Origin: Felis catus
Lineage: Eukaryota
Reading direction: 5' to 3'
Length of the DNA stretch: 64,000 nt
NCBI RefSeq assembly: GCF_018350175.1
Contig: NC_058377.1
Span: 98,704,001-98,768,000, forward strand
A program made the translations under genes and the position numbers. Positions 11,996 through 25,500 of this stretch are shown piece after piece. Numbering within the stretch: the first letter of the stretch is position 1; each line of letters opens with the position of its first letter. Under the pieces are notes generated by a model, which was given only the letters and a program-made list of their open reading frames with translations, had not been told where the DNA came from and ran no database searches.

Positions 11996-13554
11996 GAAAT
12001 ACAAAAAGTGCAAAGGTGAAATACATGATTGGTGCCAAGGAAGTCATTAAGTGAATGTGAACACTTGATTCACAGTACTCCCGCCTCCCCCCCCTTTTCC
12101 CCGCAGGTACAGACCAGTGGGACAGGGGACAGGAGAAAGACCAAAAGATCCACGAGGCTCCCCAGTAAATGGGGCTGTGAGCAACACCTGATATACACAG
12201 GAGGGCAGAAAGCGGAAGCCCTGGCTTGGGCTAGAGATGCAGGGACTGTCAGGGAACCAGCAGCCACTCCAGGCCCTGGGAGTCCTGACATGCTAGCATC
12301 ATGAGGAGAGAGCCCAGCGAGGTTGGGGCTCAGGCTGCACCCCCCTCACAGATGGGGCTGGGCTGGTCAATAAGGCCCCCACCCGAGTACAGGCTCTGGC
12401 CAAGGCTGTGGGGGCAGGGCCACTGTGCATCTAGTATCCTGCTGCCAGGGGACAAGGCTGCAGGAAGTGGGGTCCCCAGGGTTCACCAGGAAGGAGTATC
12501 ATTCTAAGGGACACAGTTGGAATGAGAAGTACCAATCATTGGGGTCCATATTTTCTGAAAGATGACAGGGCCCTGGGGCTTGTAGTCCCTGGGGGAGGTT
12601 GCTAGAACTCCCCTGGCAGGGACTGATCTAATTGGCAAAGTCTCTGCTCAGCCCCTCCGGGAGTCCCTACCCACAGATCCTGAGGCACTGAGTCACTTCT
12701 GGCCAGAGCAGGGACCAGTGTGACCCCACAACAGACCTGTCCACAAGAGCCCTATACTGAGGATCTGTCCAAGTAGGTAGAGAGAAGAGGCAAGGCATGG
12801 GGCAGGGGGGATGAGACTGCTTGTCCCTGGCCCAACCAGACCGCCAAGAGGCTTTGGGGCGGGAATGGGGTGTATATTTCAAATGGATGCTGGGACTCAG
12901 CCCTGTCATCCAAGCTGCCAGAACAGGGGGCTAGAACACCCTGGGGGCAGTATCACTTCAGAAAGCCTGACCCAGGATGTGAGGACGAGAAGGAGGCAGA
13001 AATAGGAAGCAGACCCCAGCCTTGCCCGTCCTTAGCTGTGTAAAAACACAAGGCTGAACCATTAGAGGAGAGGACAGGAGCAGGTGCTGGCACACAAGGC
13101 CTTCACCCAGGGAGATGCCTCAGCAGGCAGGCCCAAGCCAGCATGGCCTCTTATTCCCCAGCAGCCAGGAAAGGGAGGATCAGCCCCAGCTACCAGCCCA
13201 GCCGGCAGTGATTGAGGCATCTGCAATTGCCAGGAAAAGAGAGGCAGGAGAAAGTGGGTAAGCAGTTTCTGGGGCCAGTCTTTTTCATACTAGAAGAGCC
13301 AAAGGCCGCCAGATCTGCAGAGCCTGGCAAGGAGCCAGGGGTCCAAGGAGGCAGTGAGAAGTATAAGGCGAAGAAAAATGTCTCGTGGTTACAGCGAGGT
13401 CTCCAGGGCTGGCCAGGTGGGCTGGACAGAAGGGGAGGAAGAGCTGCCCAACTGGCTGGCTCCAGCTTCCAGCTCCCAGGGCCTCATGGCCCCTTTCCTG
13501 GGCAGGAGCCCCAGACTCATAAGGCTGAAGCTGGGAAGGGTGGTGGGGCAGGGC

Positions 13555-13579
13555 TCAGAGCCCTCCCGAGTCAGGGCTG
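13555..13579 (-). CDS. ARHGAP1: ARHGAP1 last coding exon, visible 3' tip only (SPDSGGL*); remainder in N gap 13580-13775
   Basis: TGA at 13557-13555; the expected ~189-nt coding exon fits inside the gap. Confidence 0.75.
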
Positions 13580-16500
13580 NNNNNNNNNNNNNNNNNNNNN
13601 NNNNNNNNNNNNNNNNNNNNNNNNNNNNNNNNNNNNNNNNNNNNNNNNNNNNNNNNNNNNNNNNNNNNNNNNNNNNNNNNNNNNNNNNNNNNNNNNNNNN
13701 NNNNNNNNNNNNNNNNNNNNNNNNNNNNNNNNNNNNNNNNNNNNNNNNNNNNNNNNNNNNNNNNNNNNNNNNNNNGCCAGAGAGCCTGCCTCCCATTCCC
13801 AAGAGCTGCAAGGGTGGCAGCTCTCCCCCCCCCCCCCCCCCCCCCCCCCGCCCTCCTCCAGGTGAACAGCAGAAGCTGAGGCCGGGTCTCACCTGCACCA
13901 GGAAGGCAGTGAGGAAACGAAGCACCTGGTAGTTCTCCTCAGGCAGCGTCCGGAGCACCTGCAGCGTTGCCCCCACTCTCTGGCTCTCATCAATGTCTAC
14001 AAGGAATTGGGGCCTAGGTCACAGTGGCCCGGGGCTGGGCCGACATGAGGCCAGAAGGGAGACCCCAACCAGACTTTCCTTGGAGGACAGGCCAAATCTA
14101 CCTGCTCTGAGTGCAGCCCTGACCCCAACCCAGCAGAATAAGCACAGAACTAGGGAGGGAAGACAGGGGCACTCACTGAGGAAGCCCACAACGTGGGGGT
14201 AAAGGTCAAAGGTGAGCAAGGGCTCAGGAAGCTCCCGGAGGAAGGTCTTGAGGATGACCGCAGGCAGGTGCAAATCATTGTACTGGTCAAAGTCCACAGG
14301 CAGCCCTGGGGGGTGGGGATGGAGAAGGAGCTGGGCCCAGCACGGAGGCCGGTGGCCCATCCAGACGGCCGATCCAGAGGCCGAGCAGACCCCATTGCCC
14401 GATCACCCTCAGCCACTGCACAACACCCTCCTCCTACAGAGCCCTTTCACACAGGCCTTCCCCTCCTCCTCTGTGATGAGGGGACCGGGTTGAATGGGGC
14501 CCCCCAGCACACATGACACATGACAGTTCTTCTTCATCTCTGAATCTAAACCCAGGACCCGGAAGCCTGACCGATGAGGCAGCAGGCCTGGGACAGCCAG
14601 GCAGGAGTGGGACCCATGTAATCATACCAAATGCCACAGAAACCTCTGACAGGAACAGAACGGAGGGCCCTTGCTTCCCAGGCAGCAGAAGGCAAAGAAG
14701 TGCCCTAACAGTGACACCTGTGCCCCATCTCCCCCCCTCCTCCCCTCCCACTGCGGGCCCAGGCACACCCCAGAGCACTCACCCATGTTGTACTTCTGCT
14801 GTACTTCCCGCACAACTTGAGTGTTGGCTGATCTCCGGAAAATCCCCTCAGTAGTGAGAGCTGGGAAACAGTGGGGCCTGGTGAGTCTCAGCTCTGGGGC
14901 AGTGTGCAGACTCTTCGACCTGTTCTGTCTTGGGGTTCCATTGAGGGTCGGTGTGGGTGCTGATGCTCCCCAAGGGGAGCTGGGAGACTGGGCTGAGGAG
15001 GGACCTACGGTTTCGGCTGCAGGGGAAGAAGCAGGTCCTGGAGGTCCTGCGGCCAGTGGCCTTGGCACTCACCGTGAGCCTGCAGGTAGGCAACAGTCTC
15101 CCGGAGCACAAGCGGAATGGGCTCCTGCTCTGGGTTCTTCTCCTGGAGGCTGTGGGGACAAGAGCAGTGAGCTGGGTCTGTAAGCCCTTTCCGGTCCCCA
15201 CGTGCCAGGCCTGCCCACCTTTCGCATACTCACTGCTGCAACGAGACCCCAAACTGCTGGTTGGGCAAAGGGGGCCGTGGTGGCATGGGCTTGGGGGCTG
15301 TCGCAGGGCTCTTCTGTGTGGATTTGAGGAAGTCATCATACCTGGGAGAGCAGAGGGGAGGGTCAGGCCCTCGACTTGGCTTTGTTGTCACGTTGGCAAC
15401 CCTGTGTGTTGGGTACTTCCTGTGCTATTGTACGTGGGTCACTTCATTCAGTCCTCATAGGAGCCCTGCTCTACACATGACAGAGTGGAGACTGAAGAGA
15501 ATCAGTCACAGAGTTTTTTAAGTGACAGGAATGGGATCTGACCTCACACTCTCTGACCCCATATGCTGTCTCTTACTCATCACCTTCACTTCCTCTGCTT
15601 CCTGGGGTTCTCAAGGCTTCCCCTGCCCTTGGCTGGCATGTCCTACCCCACAAACATGACACACAGGCACACCCGTGCCCGGCGGGCACACACGGCCCAG
15701 GCCTTACTTGAGCACTTGGCGAGGGATCCCCAGTTGCTCCAGCTTCACATGCTCGCTCAGCTCACTCAGGTAATTCACATAGAAGATCTTCTGCCCAAAC
15801 TTGAAACTGCCGGCAAAATAACGGGCATGGGTCAGTGGGGGAGGTCCCATTTTGGCAGGCCCCCACCATCCCCTCGGCAGCCCCTCCAAGGTCAAAGGCT
15901 GAGCCCAAAAATGGTCTGTCTCCAGGATTCTTGGCCTCCTCAGGTATGTGCTTCAGAGCTGAGAGGGAAGTGTGGGGAGGTCACTGTTCTCCCCCATCAG
16001 CTGCTCACCTAATGATGGGCTTAAAGAGGATGAGCAGGGTCTTGATGAACATGGTGGGGTGCACGATGTACAGAGCCTTAATGTTCTTCTTGTACCTGCA
16101 GAGACAGAACAGGAAGTCAGCAGTGGGCGTGGTGGAAGAGGCACACAGCTAGGTTCTTCGTGCACATTTTCTGATTCGAGTACTCATGGACAACCTGAGA
16201 GGTAAGTGCCACTGTTGTCCCATTTTACAGATTAGGAAATGGAGACTCAGAGAGGTTAAGTAACAGGGAAGGGCAGGGTGAATAAGTAGAGAAACTGGGG
16301 GTTAAAACCAGGACGTTCCAGCTTCAGATTCTTTGCTTTTACCCAATGCTGACAGCTCAGAGCCTGGAGCCTGCTTCAGATTCGGTCTCTCTCTGCCCCT
16401 CCCCCATTTGTACTCTGTCTCTCTCAAAAATAAACAAACATTAAAAAAATTAAAAAGGAAATATTTAGCTTTTAGCGTCTGCCAAACACATTATCTCCTG

Positions 16501-19500
16501 CTTTCCTCATAACAATTGGGGCTGGGATTATCCCCTCTTTACAAGTGAGGGCAGGGAGACGCAGAGAGGTCAAGCACTTATCCGAAGTCACACAGCTTGC
16601 GGTGGAGCCTGGAGATGAACTGGATATAAGCTCCTGAGCAAGCAGAGGGCAGCCCAGAACCCGGCAGAGCTGTTAGCTCCAGACCTGTCCCCAGGCCCCA
16701 ACCCACTTGCGGTCAAACTCTCGGTAGGCATCCCGGAGCCAGCTAAGGGAGGGCTTGTTGTCGCTGGTCAGGCCATGGTGCAGGTACAGCAGTGTGTAGT
16801 CGCTCTCCACATACTGGTCCAGGGTGTGCTTCAGGTACCTACAAGAGAAAAGCCCATTCAGGCCCATCCTCGACACAGGCGGAGCCCCCTGAGACAGGAC
16901 TCAGCACCCCAGGAGTCTTCTGCTTGTATCATACACCTCCCCACGAGCCCCTCTCCTGCACTGCCTATTCTGGCTGCATAATCAGTCACCGTGTTGTCGT
17001 GGAGGAGATTCAGGCTAGCGGTTGGGCTGCACGGAGGAAGAAGAATGGTAGTAACAGCCCAGGCCAGAAATCAGGAGATCGGGACTGTAACTGAGCCCTC
17101 TCACATACCCGCAGTAAAAATGGCAGTAACATTCTCTGCAGGACTGCCCTGAGTCAATAATAATGACGACAGTCACCATTTATCAGTATTTAGCTTTTAG
17201 GGGTGCCTGGGTGGCTTGGTCAGTTACGCGTCCAACTTCGCCTCAGGTCATGATCTCACCACTCAAGAGTTTGAACCCTGCGTCAGGCTCTGTGCTGACA
17301 ACTCAGAGCCTGGAGCCTGCTTCAGATTGTCTGTCTGTCTCTGTCTCTGTCTCTGTCTCTCAAAAATAAACATTAAAAAAATAAAAAATATATATATTTA
17401 GCTTTTAGTGTCTGCCAAGCACTTTGTATACAATATCTCCTGCCTTCCTCATAATAATTGGGGCTGAGATTATCTCCTCCTTCCAAGTGAGGGCAGTGAA
17501 GCTCAGAGAGGTCAAGCACTTATCTAAAGTCACACAGCTTGTGGTGGAGCCTGGAGATGAGCTAACTCCAATGTTTGGTCCTGTTGACCAAAGGGCAGCT
17601 TATATACTCAACCTCCCATCATAGTCTATAAAGCACTGTGCCCATGAGAGGGGATTGGGGTGACTAGAGGATCCCCTCCCCTGCTCTAGTCACTGGGCTT
17701 TTCTTGGACCAAAGTGCCACATCTCAAGTTCCCCATGCTCACAACATAGTACCTATCACCCCACACAAGCACATACATGCAGAGGTGTTGAGCACCTAAA
17801 GTGGGTAAGTACAAAGGGGACAGATAAGAACTCTAGAATGGGAAAAGAGTCCAGGGAAAGTTCTTTCTGGTTGGCCAACCATGCTCAGACCCCAGCAGAA
17901 CACCACTCCAGGCTGAGAGGCTGGGCCTACAGGAAGGCTAAGGACTTCTGGGGGGGGGGGGGGGGCGGGGGGAGGGAGGAATGGTGCCGGGGGAGATATT
18001 CAAGGATTTGATTAAGTGCTCAGATACAGCCTGACCTAACCCAGACACGGTGCCCTATATCATGGCCCAGGGTGCTGATCTGGCCCACACAGGCAGGCAT
18101 GTGAAGTGTCTAATGCCGGATTATTACTGTGATTCCAATCCTTATTGCTACATGGTAATTACCCCTTATACACATTGAGCACTTTGCAGTGTGCAAAGAG
18201 CTGTCACATATAAAGATGCCATTCTGTAACTATAAAATAGCAAAAATTGTGAAAATACAGTCATTCTTTGATGAATGTTATGGCCTTTTTGGAGGGCAGT
18301 AAAGTGATGTGTATCAGAAGCTGAAAGATGTTCATACTCTTTGATCCTATAAAAATATACCCAGGAATTTATGCTAAAGAAACAATCAGAAATGAACAGA
18401 AGCATTTTTGTAGAAGGCTGTTCATCGCATGTGGCCTGTTTTACAATGGAAAAAAATTTGAGCAGCAAGCTAACTGTCCAAAAACAGGGAACTGGTTAAA
18501 TAAAATACAGGATATCTATAAATAGAAAACCTTACAAGATGTTTCTGCAGACCGAACCTATCTGTGAAGTTAGGTGTCAGAAGAGCAGTCACCCATTGGG
18601 GTAGTGACTAGAAGAGCAAAGGGAGGTCTGTGGGTGTGGATGACATGGTGTATTCCATTAAAAAAAACTTTTTTTTAATGTTTTATTTATTTTTGAGAGA
18701 GATAGGGCATGAGTGGGGGGGGGGGGAGCAGAGAGAGAGGGAGACACAGAATCCAAAGCAAGCTCCAGGCTCTGAGCTGTCAGCACAGAGCCCGACACGG
18801 TGCTTGAACTCACGAACCGCGAGATCATGACCTGAGCCGAAGTTGGACACTTAACCAACTAAGCCACCCAGGCGCCCCTGGTGTATTCCATTTTTGGAAA
18901 TCCTTTATTTTTTAATGTTTATTTATTTTTTAAGAGAGAGAGAGCAGGGGAGGGGCAGAGAGAGAGGGAGACACAGAATCTGAAGCAGGCTCCAGGCTCT
19001 GAGCTGTCAGCACAGAACCTGATGCGGAGCTCGAACTCACAAACCGCGAGATCATGACCTGAGCCAAAGTTAGATGCTTAACTGACTGAGCCACCCAGGT
19101 ACCCCTGGTGTATTCCATTTTTGAAAATTTATCAAGTAGTATACATAATTTGTTCACTTTTCTCTGCACACATTTGCCAATAACATGTTTTTAAAAGATA
19201 TCTTTGAAGAATGTTTAATGCTCAGAAGATGTTATATAAGATACAGAGGGGACTATACAAACACCTGTATATATTATAGAAAAAAATAAGAAGTGAATAC
19301 ACTAAAATATTAACACTAGTTTTCTCTCTGGGTGGTAGGTTTATGGGAGATTTTATTTATCATTGTATTTTTTCTTTATAGCTACTTACGTTTTTCTAAA
19401 TTCTTGAAATCTGTAATACTTTACAATGATATACAATGACATTTCATGTATATTACCTTTACCTAATGCCCACAACAACCCTATGAGGTGGGCACAATTC

Positions 19501-22500
19501 TTATTTTTATAGGGTTCAGAAAAGAGCTGCCCCCAAGCACACAGCTAGTAAGGAGTACAGCTGAATCCAAGCTTCGGACATTTTCTATTTCAACCTCCCA
19601 GATCTGGCTGGACAGCTGGGAAAGGACAAGGCTGAGATAATGTGATTGATCCCCACTGAAAGTGCTGCCGTGCAGGCTGCATGGGGGCAGGGAGACCCCT
19701 TTGGGAAGGGGTGGAGGACAGACAGGATGGATGCAGGGGGCTTCCAGAAATCAGAGGAAGCCTCCTGAGTGGTGGAGCCTCACTCAGCAAGCTTTCTCCT
19801 GAAAACTGGGTGCTTTCCCATCTCCTTCCTCTCATTTCCTCCCACTCAGACTATTATCTGGCCAGGAGTCTGTCACCTGCCAAATCAGACGGGCTGTGTT
19901 AAACCAGAGGGTAGGGGTGTGACTCAGCTACTCTCAGGCTGAGCTCCCTGGCCTGCTCCTGGCTAAGCCATGTGATGGGCCTGAACAAGGCTCGGCCTGC
20001 CTGGCTGAGGGGCGGCAGGAGAAGGGTTCAGGAAGCCAGAGAGGAAACTCACACAAGGCCGGAGAGACTCAGGCCTGGCTCACCAGGACTGCAGATGCTG
20101 CACTCAGGCCCTTTCCCATTCTGCAGCCACACCCTTGGCCTGCCCCAACCCCTCACCACCCCCTACATGCACAGAACCATTCAGGATCCCAAAGAACTGG
20201 TATCAGTTTCAGGGAGTGCTTTAGTAGAGATCAGGAGAGAAGTGCAAGATGGTAAATGGACACACACTAAGGCACCTCAGAAGACCGTTCTGGCCCGGCA
20301 TCCACGGAGGTCCTGCACCCAGGACCACATGCCCGGGTCCCCATGGGTCCACATGCCCGGGGCCCAGTGGTGGATCAGCAGTGAACACTTATCGGGTTTC
20401 TAGACCAATCAGAGCTATTACATATATTTGGCTAACAGAATCCAGATAGGTACAGAAGCCACTGGCAACAAATCTGACACAAAATTCACTGATTATTCAT
20501 CTAAATGATGAACAACTGCAACCACATCAGAAGCACCACATCATAATAATCAGTCCTCCTGTGTGGATAGTATTTAACTTTCCCAAGCACATCCGCGTGC
20601 AGTGTCTCCCACAAGGAAGGAGGGCTTGATTATGAAAAGAGGCTTGAAGAGATAAGGACACCCTTCTAAGGCTGCAGTTTCCCAGACTAGAAACCAGGTC
20701 TGACTCCTAGTGCAGTGCTCTCCCCAAAATGTAAAATAGCTCCCACGGGAGAAGAGGAGAGGCACTGAGGGAAGTGACGGGAAGGAGAATGGCATCAGCC
20801 GATACTGGGTGTAGGTCCCTCCACCTTGCCCAGGGGTACTCACCCCAGGAGCTTGCTGTGGTCCAGCTGGTGGCTCGGGGGCATTCGGCAGGCACTAAAC
20901 ACGATGATCTTCCGCCCATACTTGTCGTCTCCTAGGTGTGGAGAAAGAGGGAGCACAGTGGGTGGCAGATCAGCCAAGAGAAGCAGGCTGAGGAACTGAA
21001 CGGTGCCGGGCCTGGAGACCTGTACCACATAGTGCAGAGGCCAGAGGGGCTAACGCAGACATACCTCTGGGCAGCTGTCTGCACTCAAGGGTGTGTCACT
21101 GAAGAAAGAGGGACGGGTTGCTCGCAGGGCTACTGAGCTGGGGTCTAAAAAAATAACAGCTTTTTAAAAAGTCACACCTGGTGGAAACACCCAAATGCCC
21201 ATCAACGCATGAACGCATGAAGAAAATGTGGGATATCCATGCAGCGGATATGTCGTTTGGCCATAAAAAGGAACGAAGTACTGATCCATGCTACATTATG
21301 AATGAACCTTGAGAACATGATGCTAAGTGAAAGAAGTCAGATGCAAATGCCTCCATATTGTACGACTCCACTTATATGAGTTATCTAGAATAGGAAAATC
21401 CGGGGTGCCTAGGTGGCTCAGTCAATTAAGTGTCCAACTTTGGCTCAGGTTCATGATTCTCACAGCTTGTGGGTTTGAGCCCCGTGTCAGGCTCTGTGCC
21501 GACAGCTCAGAGCCTGGAGCCTGCTTTAGATTCTGTGTCTCCCTCTCTGCCCCTCCCCCATTCACACTCTGTGACTCTCTTTCAAAAATAAATAAAAGGT
21601 TAAAAAAAAGATGTTATGCATCCCAATGTTTATAGCAGCACTATCAACAATAGCCAAAGTATGGAAAGAGCCCAAATGTCCATGTCATACTCTCCATAAT
21701 CCATCGATGGATGGATGAATGGATAAAGAAGACGTAGTATATACATACAATGGAGTATTACTCGGCAATCAAAAAGAATGAAATCTTGCCATTTGCAACT
21801 AACTATGTGGATGGAACTAGAGGGTATTATGCTAAGCAAAATTAGTCAATCAGAGAAAGATAAATATCAAATGACTTCACTCATATGAGGACTTTAAGAC
21901 ACAGAACAGATGAACATAAGGGAAAGGAAGCAAAAATAATATAAAAACAGGGAGGAGACAAAACATAAGAGACTCTTAAATACAGAGAACAGAGGGTTAC
22001 TGGAGGGGTTGTGGGAGGGGGGGATGGGCTAAATGGGTAAGGGGCATTAAGGAATCTATTCCTGAAATCATTGTTGCACTATATGCTAATTTGGATGTAA
22101 ATTAAAAAAAAAATAAAATAAAAATAAAGTGAGAAAAAAAAGATGTTAGAATAAGTAAATCCACATAAACAAAGCAAACTGGTGGTTGCCAGTTGCTGGG
22201 AAGAGGGGAGATTAGGGATTGGCTCTTTATGGTTATAGGATTTAGAATGGGTATGGATGAAATTGTGGGACTAGACAGAGGTGGTGGTTGTACAACATTG
22301 TGAATGTACTCAGCACCACCAACTGTAGCGGCGCCTGAGTGGCTCAGTTGGTTAAGCAACTGACTCTTGATATTGGCTCAGGTCATGATCTTGAGGTTTG
22401 TGGGATCAAGTCCCGTGTCAGGCTCTGCACTGATAGCACACAGCCTACTTGGGATTCTCTCTCTGCCCCTCCCCTGCTCACACTCTCTCAAAATAAGTAA

Positions 22501-25500
22501 ATAAATAAGCATTAAAAAAAAAAACCAATTACATACTTTAAAATGGTTAATTTTGTTATTTAAATGTCACCTTAACTTAAAAAAACCTGAAAGTCATGCC
22601 CATCAAAGCAACTGCTATCTAGCAAGTTATCTTAAAAGCTGATGCTTATTCCAGAAGTGCCCTCTCTGAGCAGCGTATTTGGAAGACTTCTTGAAACTAC
22701 CTTCTGAGCAAGTCCAAGGCCACTGAGGAAATGGGTGTGATTACTTAATGGTCCAGTCTCATCTTTGACCACTATCACATTTTCTGATTTTATTACTAGA
22801 ATTATTAACCACACTTGGCTCTGACTCCTAGACATTCCTAAAAATCATACCCCTTCTCATGAAGGATATTATTTTTTTTAACTATTTATTTATTTGGGGG
22901 AGAGTGCAAGCAGGGGAGGGGCAGAGAGAGAGGAACAGAGGATTTGAAGTGGGCTCTGTGCTGACAGGCTGACAACAGTGAGCCTGATGTGGGGCTCAAA
23001 CTTACAAACCACGAGATCATGACTTGAGCTGAAGTCAGACGCTTAACCAACTGAGCCACCCACGTGTCCCTCTCATTAAGGATATTCTAAAGAACATGGA
23101 GTTCAGAGGAGTTTGAAATGCTTTGCAAGAATGCTCATTTGGCAGTAATCACTGGGGTGTTTGCCCCAAACCGGTCACTATTTGATGGTCTAATCTGGCT
23201 TTGTCAAGAAGCTGGGCAGCTTTTGGGGTGCCTGGGTGGCTTAGTCAGTTGAGCATCCGACTTCAGCTCAGGTCATGATCTCGCAGTTCGTGAGTCCGAG
23301 CCCCATGCCGGGCTGCGTGCTGACAGTTCAGAGCCTGGAGCCTCCTTCAGATTCTGTGTCTCTCTCTCTGCCCCTTCCCTGCTCATGCTCTGTCTGTCTG
23401 TCTCTCTCTAAGACAAATAAACACTAAAAGCAGCAGCAGCAGCAGAAGCAGCAGCAGCAGGGCAGCTTTTGACACATCTCCTACTGCCCTCCAAGGTGAG
23501 TGCTCTTGCAGGGTCAGCACAGCACTCACCCCAAACAAAGCTCAATGAGGACAAGGCCTGGTCCTCACTGCCCCATGTCCCAGGGACCTTGCCTACATCT
23601 TTTCCTTCACAACCCTGCAGAGACACCAAACCACAACTGCCTAATCCCCATTGCTTCAGGGGCAAATGAGAAGACTACTTACACAACCCATGAAACACAT
23701 TGCATCTGTCCTCCACCTACCTCTGAGGATTAAGGAACCCTCCCCCCCTGCCCCCCGGCCCCATGCCTTGCTGACTGCCCTTCTCCATATTTAGTAAGCC
23801 ATGATCTTGATGCTTCTTCTCGGTCAGTGACCTAACCCAGGAGTCAATGCTTTTCCGAAGTGGTTGCCAAGGCTCTGACCCTTTTCTCCAGGGCTGGGGC
23901 AAGACTCAGAGGGGCTGAAGGAGCTTCTGGAATGTGGGCAGCATGGCCCCAGGCCCTGCTGGCTGCATGGCTTGGTGCTTTGGCCTAATTTAGCACCTCA
24001 CTCCCAGCTGTCTGACTACCATATCAGCCCCTTCTTTGGAAGGGGTCAACTTCTAGATCAGCCCCTTCTTTGGAATGACTCACAGGATTCTCCAGGCTCA
24101 CACACTTTCAACACAGACATGCTTGCAACTCAGTCCACATCAGGCAGCTTTGGGACACTGCTGTTTCTTTTGCCAGACAGAACTTCCTTGAGACAATTCC
24201 GCTCCCCTCCTCCAGGCTAACTCCTTGGAATCCTTAAGACTCATTCCAGAAGACTTTGTCCTCTCCTCCTTCCCCGAGACAGGTTAGCTGTTCCTCTGCC
24301 GTGATACTTTGACTCTTCTGTATAATTGTTTATGTGCTTGTCTCCTCTACTGGCTTGTGAGCAGGAGCCATGGCTCATCCATCTTTGAAACTCCAGTGCT
24401 GGTCCAGAGCCCAGCATGTGGCAGATATTCAAGAAACGTTGGAAGCCTGCATAAAGTCATAGGTCAGCATTACGTGGTATGCATGGTTCTATTTCGGAAT
24501 TTGTTCATGATGATATCTAGGTTACGAGATTGCTTTAGATGGTTTCCTGGACAGAGTTTCTCCAAACTTACAAGCAGAGAGCCCTCTGCAAGCCTGTCTG
24601 AGGAGAAGGTGCAGCCTCATCTCATCCAGCAACAGGTCTATTTTGCAAGACCACCTGCTGTCATACCCTAGCCTAGATCCCGAGGTACTGGGTTCCCTCC
24701 AGTCCAGTGGGGGCTGGCTCTCAGGCCTGTTCCAATCCCTTCCCATAGACTGACAGAAGAAGCAAGAGCAAAGTGGTAGGGCAGGGACAAAGGATCAGCC
24801 TGGCTGATCCAGCCTCATCTACAATCTGGAACCTTCTGCCATGAGCATGTGAGGGGAGGGACATCTGCCTATTCCCCTCTAAGCAGAGGAAAGGCCTGGA
24901 ATGTAGAGGAAAATGCAAGGAGGAGCTGGAGGTTCCAAAAGATTCTTTTCATCCTGCCACCACCATCCCCCACCCCCCCACGGACGGACACGGATGCAGC
25001 CCTCATTGGTTGGCAAATATAGGGGCTTTGGCGGGAGAGGGACAGGACGTCTGAGCTCACAGGGCTCTGGAATTTAAAGAGATAGTAACTGGTTAAGCAA
25101 ACAATTGAGGTGAGGGGCCAGGGGCCTGTGGCTCCATCATGGCTGGCCTTGTCAACGCCTTGTAAATGGGAAACTTTGGGTTCTCAACAACGGCTCCATC
25201 AATGGGCATCTACCAAGGCCAAGATGTGATATGAAAAATATTACAAACACATGCACATGTTCCCTAGGAGAAGAGGTCCACATCACTCATATTCTTAAAG
25301 AGGGCTCTGGCCAGTTCTAAGAACGACTTCACTGGACTGTGTGCTCCTTGAAGGAGGTGATGTGTGTTTTTCCTCACTGAATCCTCAGTGCTGACTACAG
25401 GGCTTGTTCCAGAGTAGGTGTTCTACAAATGCATGTTGAATGAAGTCAGAATGGGGATGGGGCAAAAGGGGGATCGGTGAGGGGCTGCAAGGCAAGACTC

